Part shown: positions 63,251 to 64,000 of the stretch, piece by piece
Layout: every line of letters begins with the position of its first letter
Numbering within the stretch: the stretch's first letter is position 1
Assembly (NCBI GenBank): GCA_040954595.2
Contig: CM082592.2
Span: forward strand, 6,241,531-6,305,530
DNA from: Balanoglossus misakiensis
Taxonomy: Eukaryota > Animalia > Hemichordata
Direction: 5' to 3'
Length of the DNA stretch: 64,000 nucleotides
Notes under the pieces: generated by a model
Database searches by the model: none
Seen by the model: the letters and a program-made list of their open reading frames with translations, nothing else
Told to the model about the DNA's origin: nothing
Made by a program: the position numbers and the translations under genes

Positions 63251-64000
63251 GCACGCATCCTGTTCAGAAGTGCTGAGTTGGCCGTAGATAATTGGCTCCA
63301 GTTGGCAACACTAGTTGCATCAAACAGTATACTGCATAGCACTCTAGTACTTTGGACCCTAGATGTCATTTTGGGTATTTTCCAGTGGGCCGGAATTCAG
63401 TTTCTAACAAAAAAATTCCTATTATTCACATTGGTAATGTACCGTGTTTAATTATTCCTCGTTTTTTGTTATTTTTGTGGTCGTTTTTCCAGTGTTATAA
63501 TATTCATATTTTTTTGCTGGGTATGATCTTTGGCATAAATTTCCATGGCCATATGTTTATAAACATTGGGTATTGCATCATGACCATCACATGTATGTGG
63601 GTTTCAAAGGGTAAATTTGTAAGTATCAAGTCGCTTATTGACTGTTTTTTTGTCTTCAGAGAAAATTATTTATGATGTGATACGCTATGACATTTATATG
63701 TGATACATAAATTATAAGGATTATTTTCAATTTTAATTTAATTATGCTGTAATTTGCATTTATTTAGTTGTAATTAATTTAAAAATAGAATATTGGAATT
63801 TTTAAAATATGATAGCCTGTGAAATTGTTTATAGCTGTGGTAATTTTACTTAAAAAAGAGGAATGTTTTTGGTCAATTCTGCATAACAATACATGTACTG
63901 CTACTGCCTACGTTCAAAAATAGTAAAATGTATTTCCAATAAAAACACTCATTTGTAACAATTCAATTTTTACAAATGAGTGTTAAACCAATAATGAATT

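Noticed and set aside
61834-63675. Short hydrophobic ORFs upstream of GPR143
   Set aside because: No family motifs and no consistent splice model; possibly decayed repeats.

Overview
Eukaryotic, intron-rich and fairly AT-rich animal genomic DNA. Gene content and intron structure suggest an invertebrate deuterostome such as a hemichordate or echinoderm; this is an inference. Ten protein-coding genes were reconstructed by reading splice sites by eye: an intronless rhodopsin-class GPCR (+), two tandem C-type-lectin/mucin-stalk type I membrane proteins (-), a Cu-transporting P1B ATPase ATP7 (-), PHETA/sesquipedalian (-), NAA25 (-, 24 coding exons), a spliced DUF4291-family gene (+), TIMM10 (-), TRAFD1/XAF1-like (+) and GPR143/OA1 (-). 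There are also several small inverted-repeat (MITE-like) elements. Most notable: (i) an intron-containing gene of the mainly microbial DUF4291 family sharing a ~260-bp divergent promoter with NAA25; (ii) CLEAR/M-box (MiT-TFE/USF type) motifs at the 5' ends of the endolysosomal/pigment-related genes; (iii) PHETA-NAA25-TRAFD1 order resembling human 12q24; (iv) lineage-specific remodelling of ATP7; (v) a multi-branched palindromic element with telomere-like termini. All gene models are unverified by transcript data.
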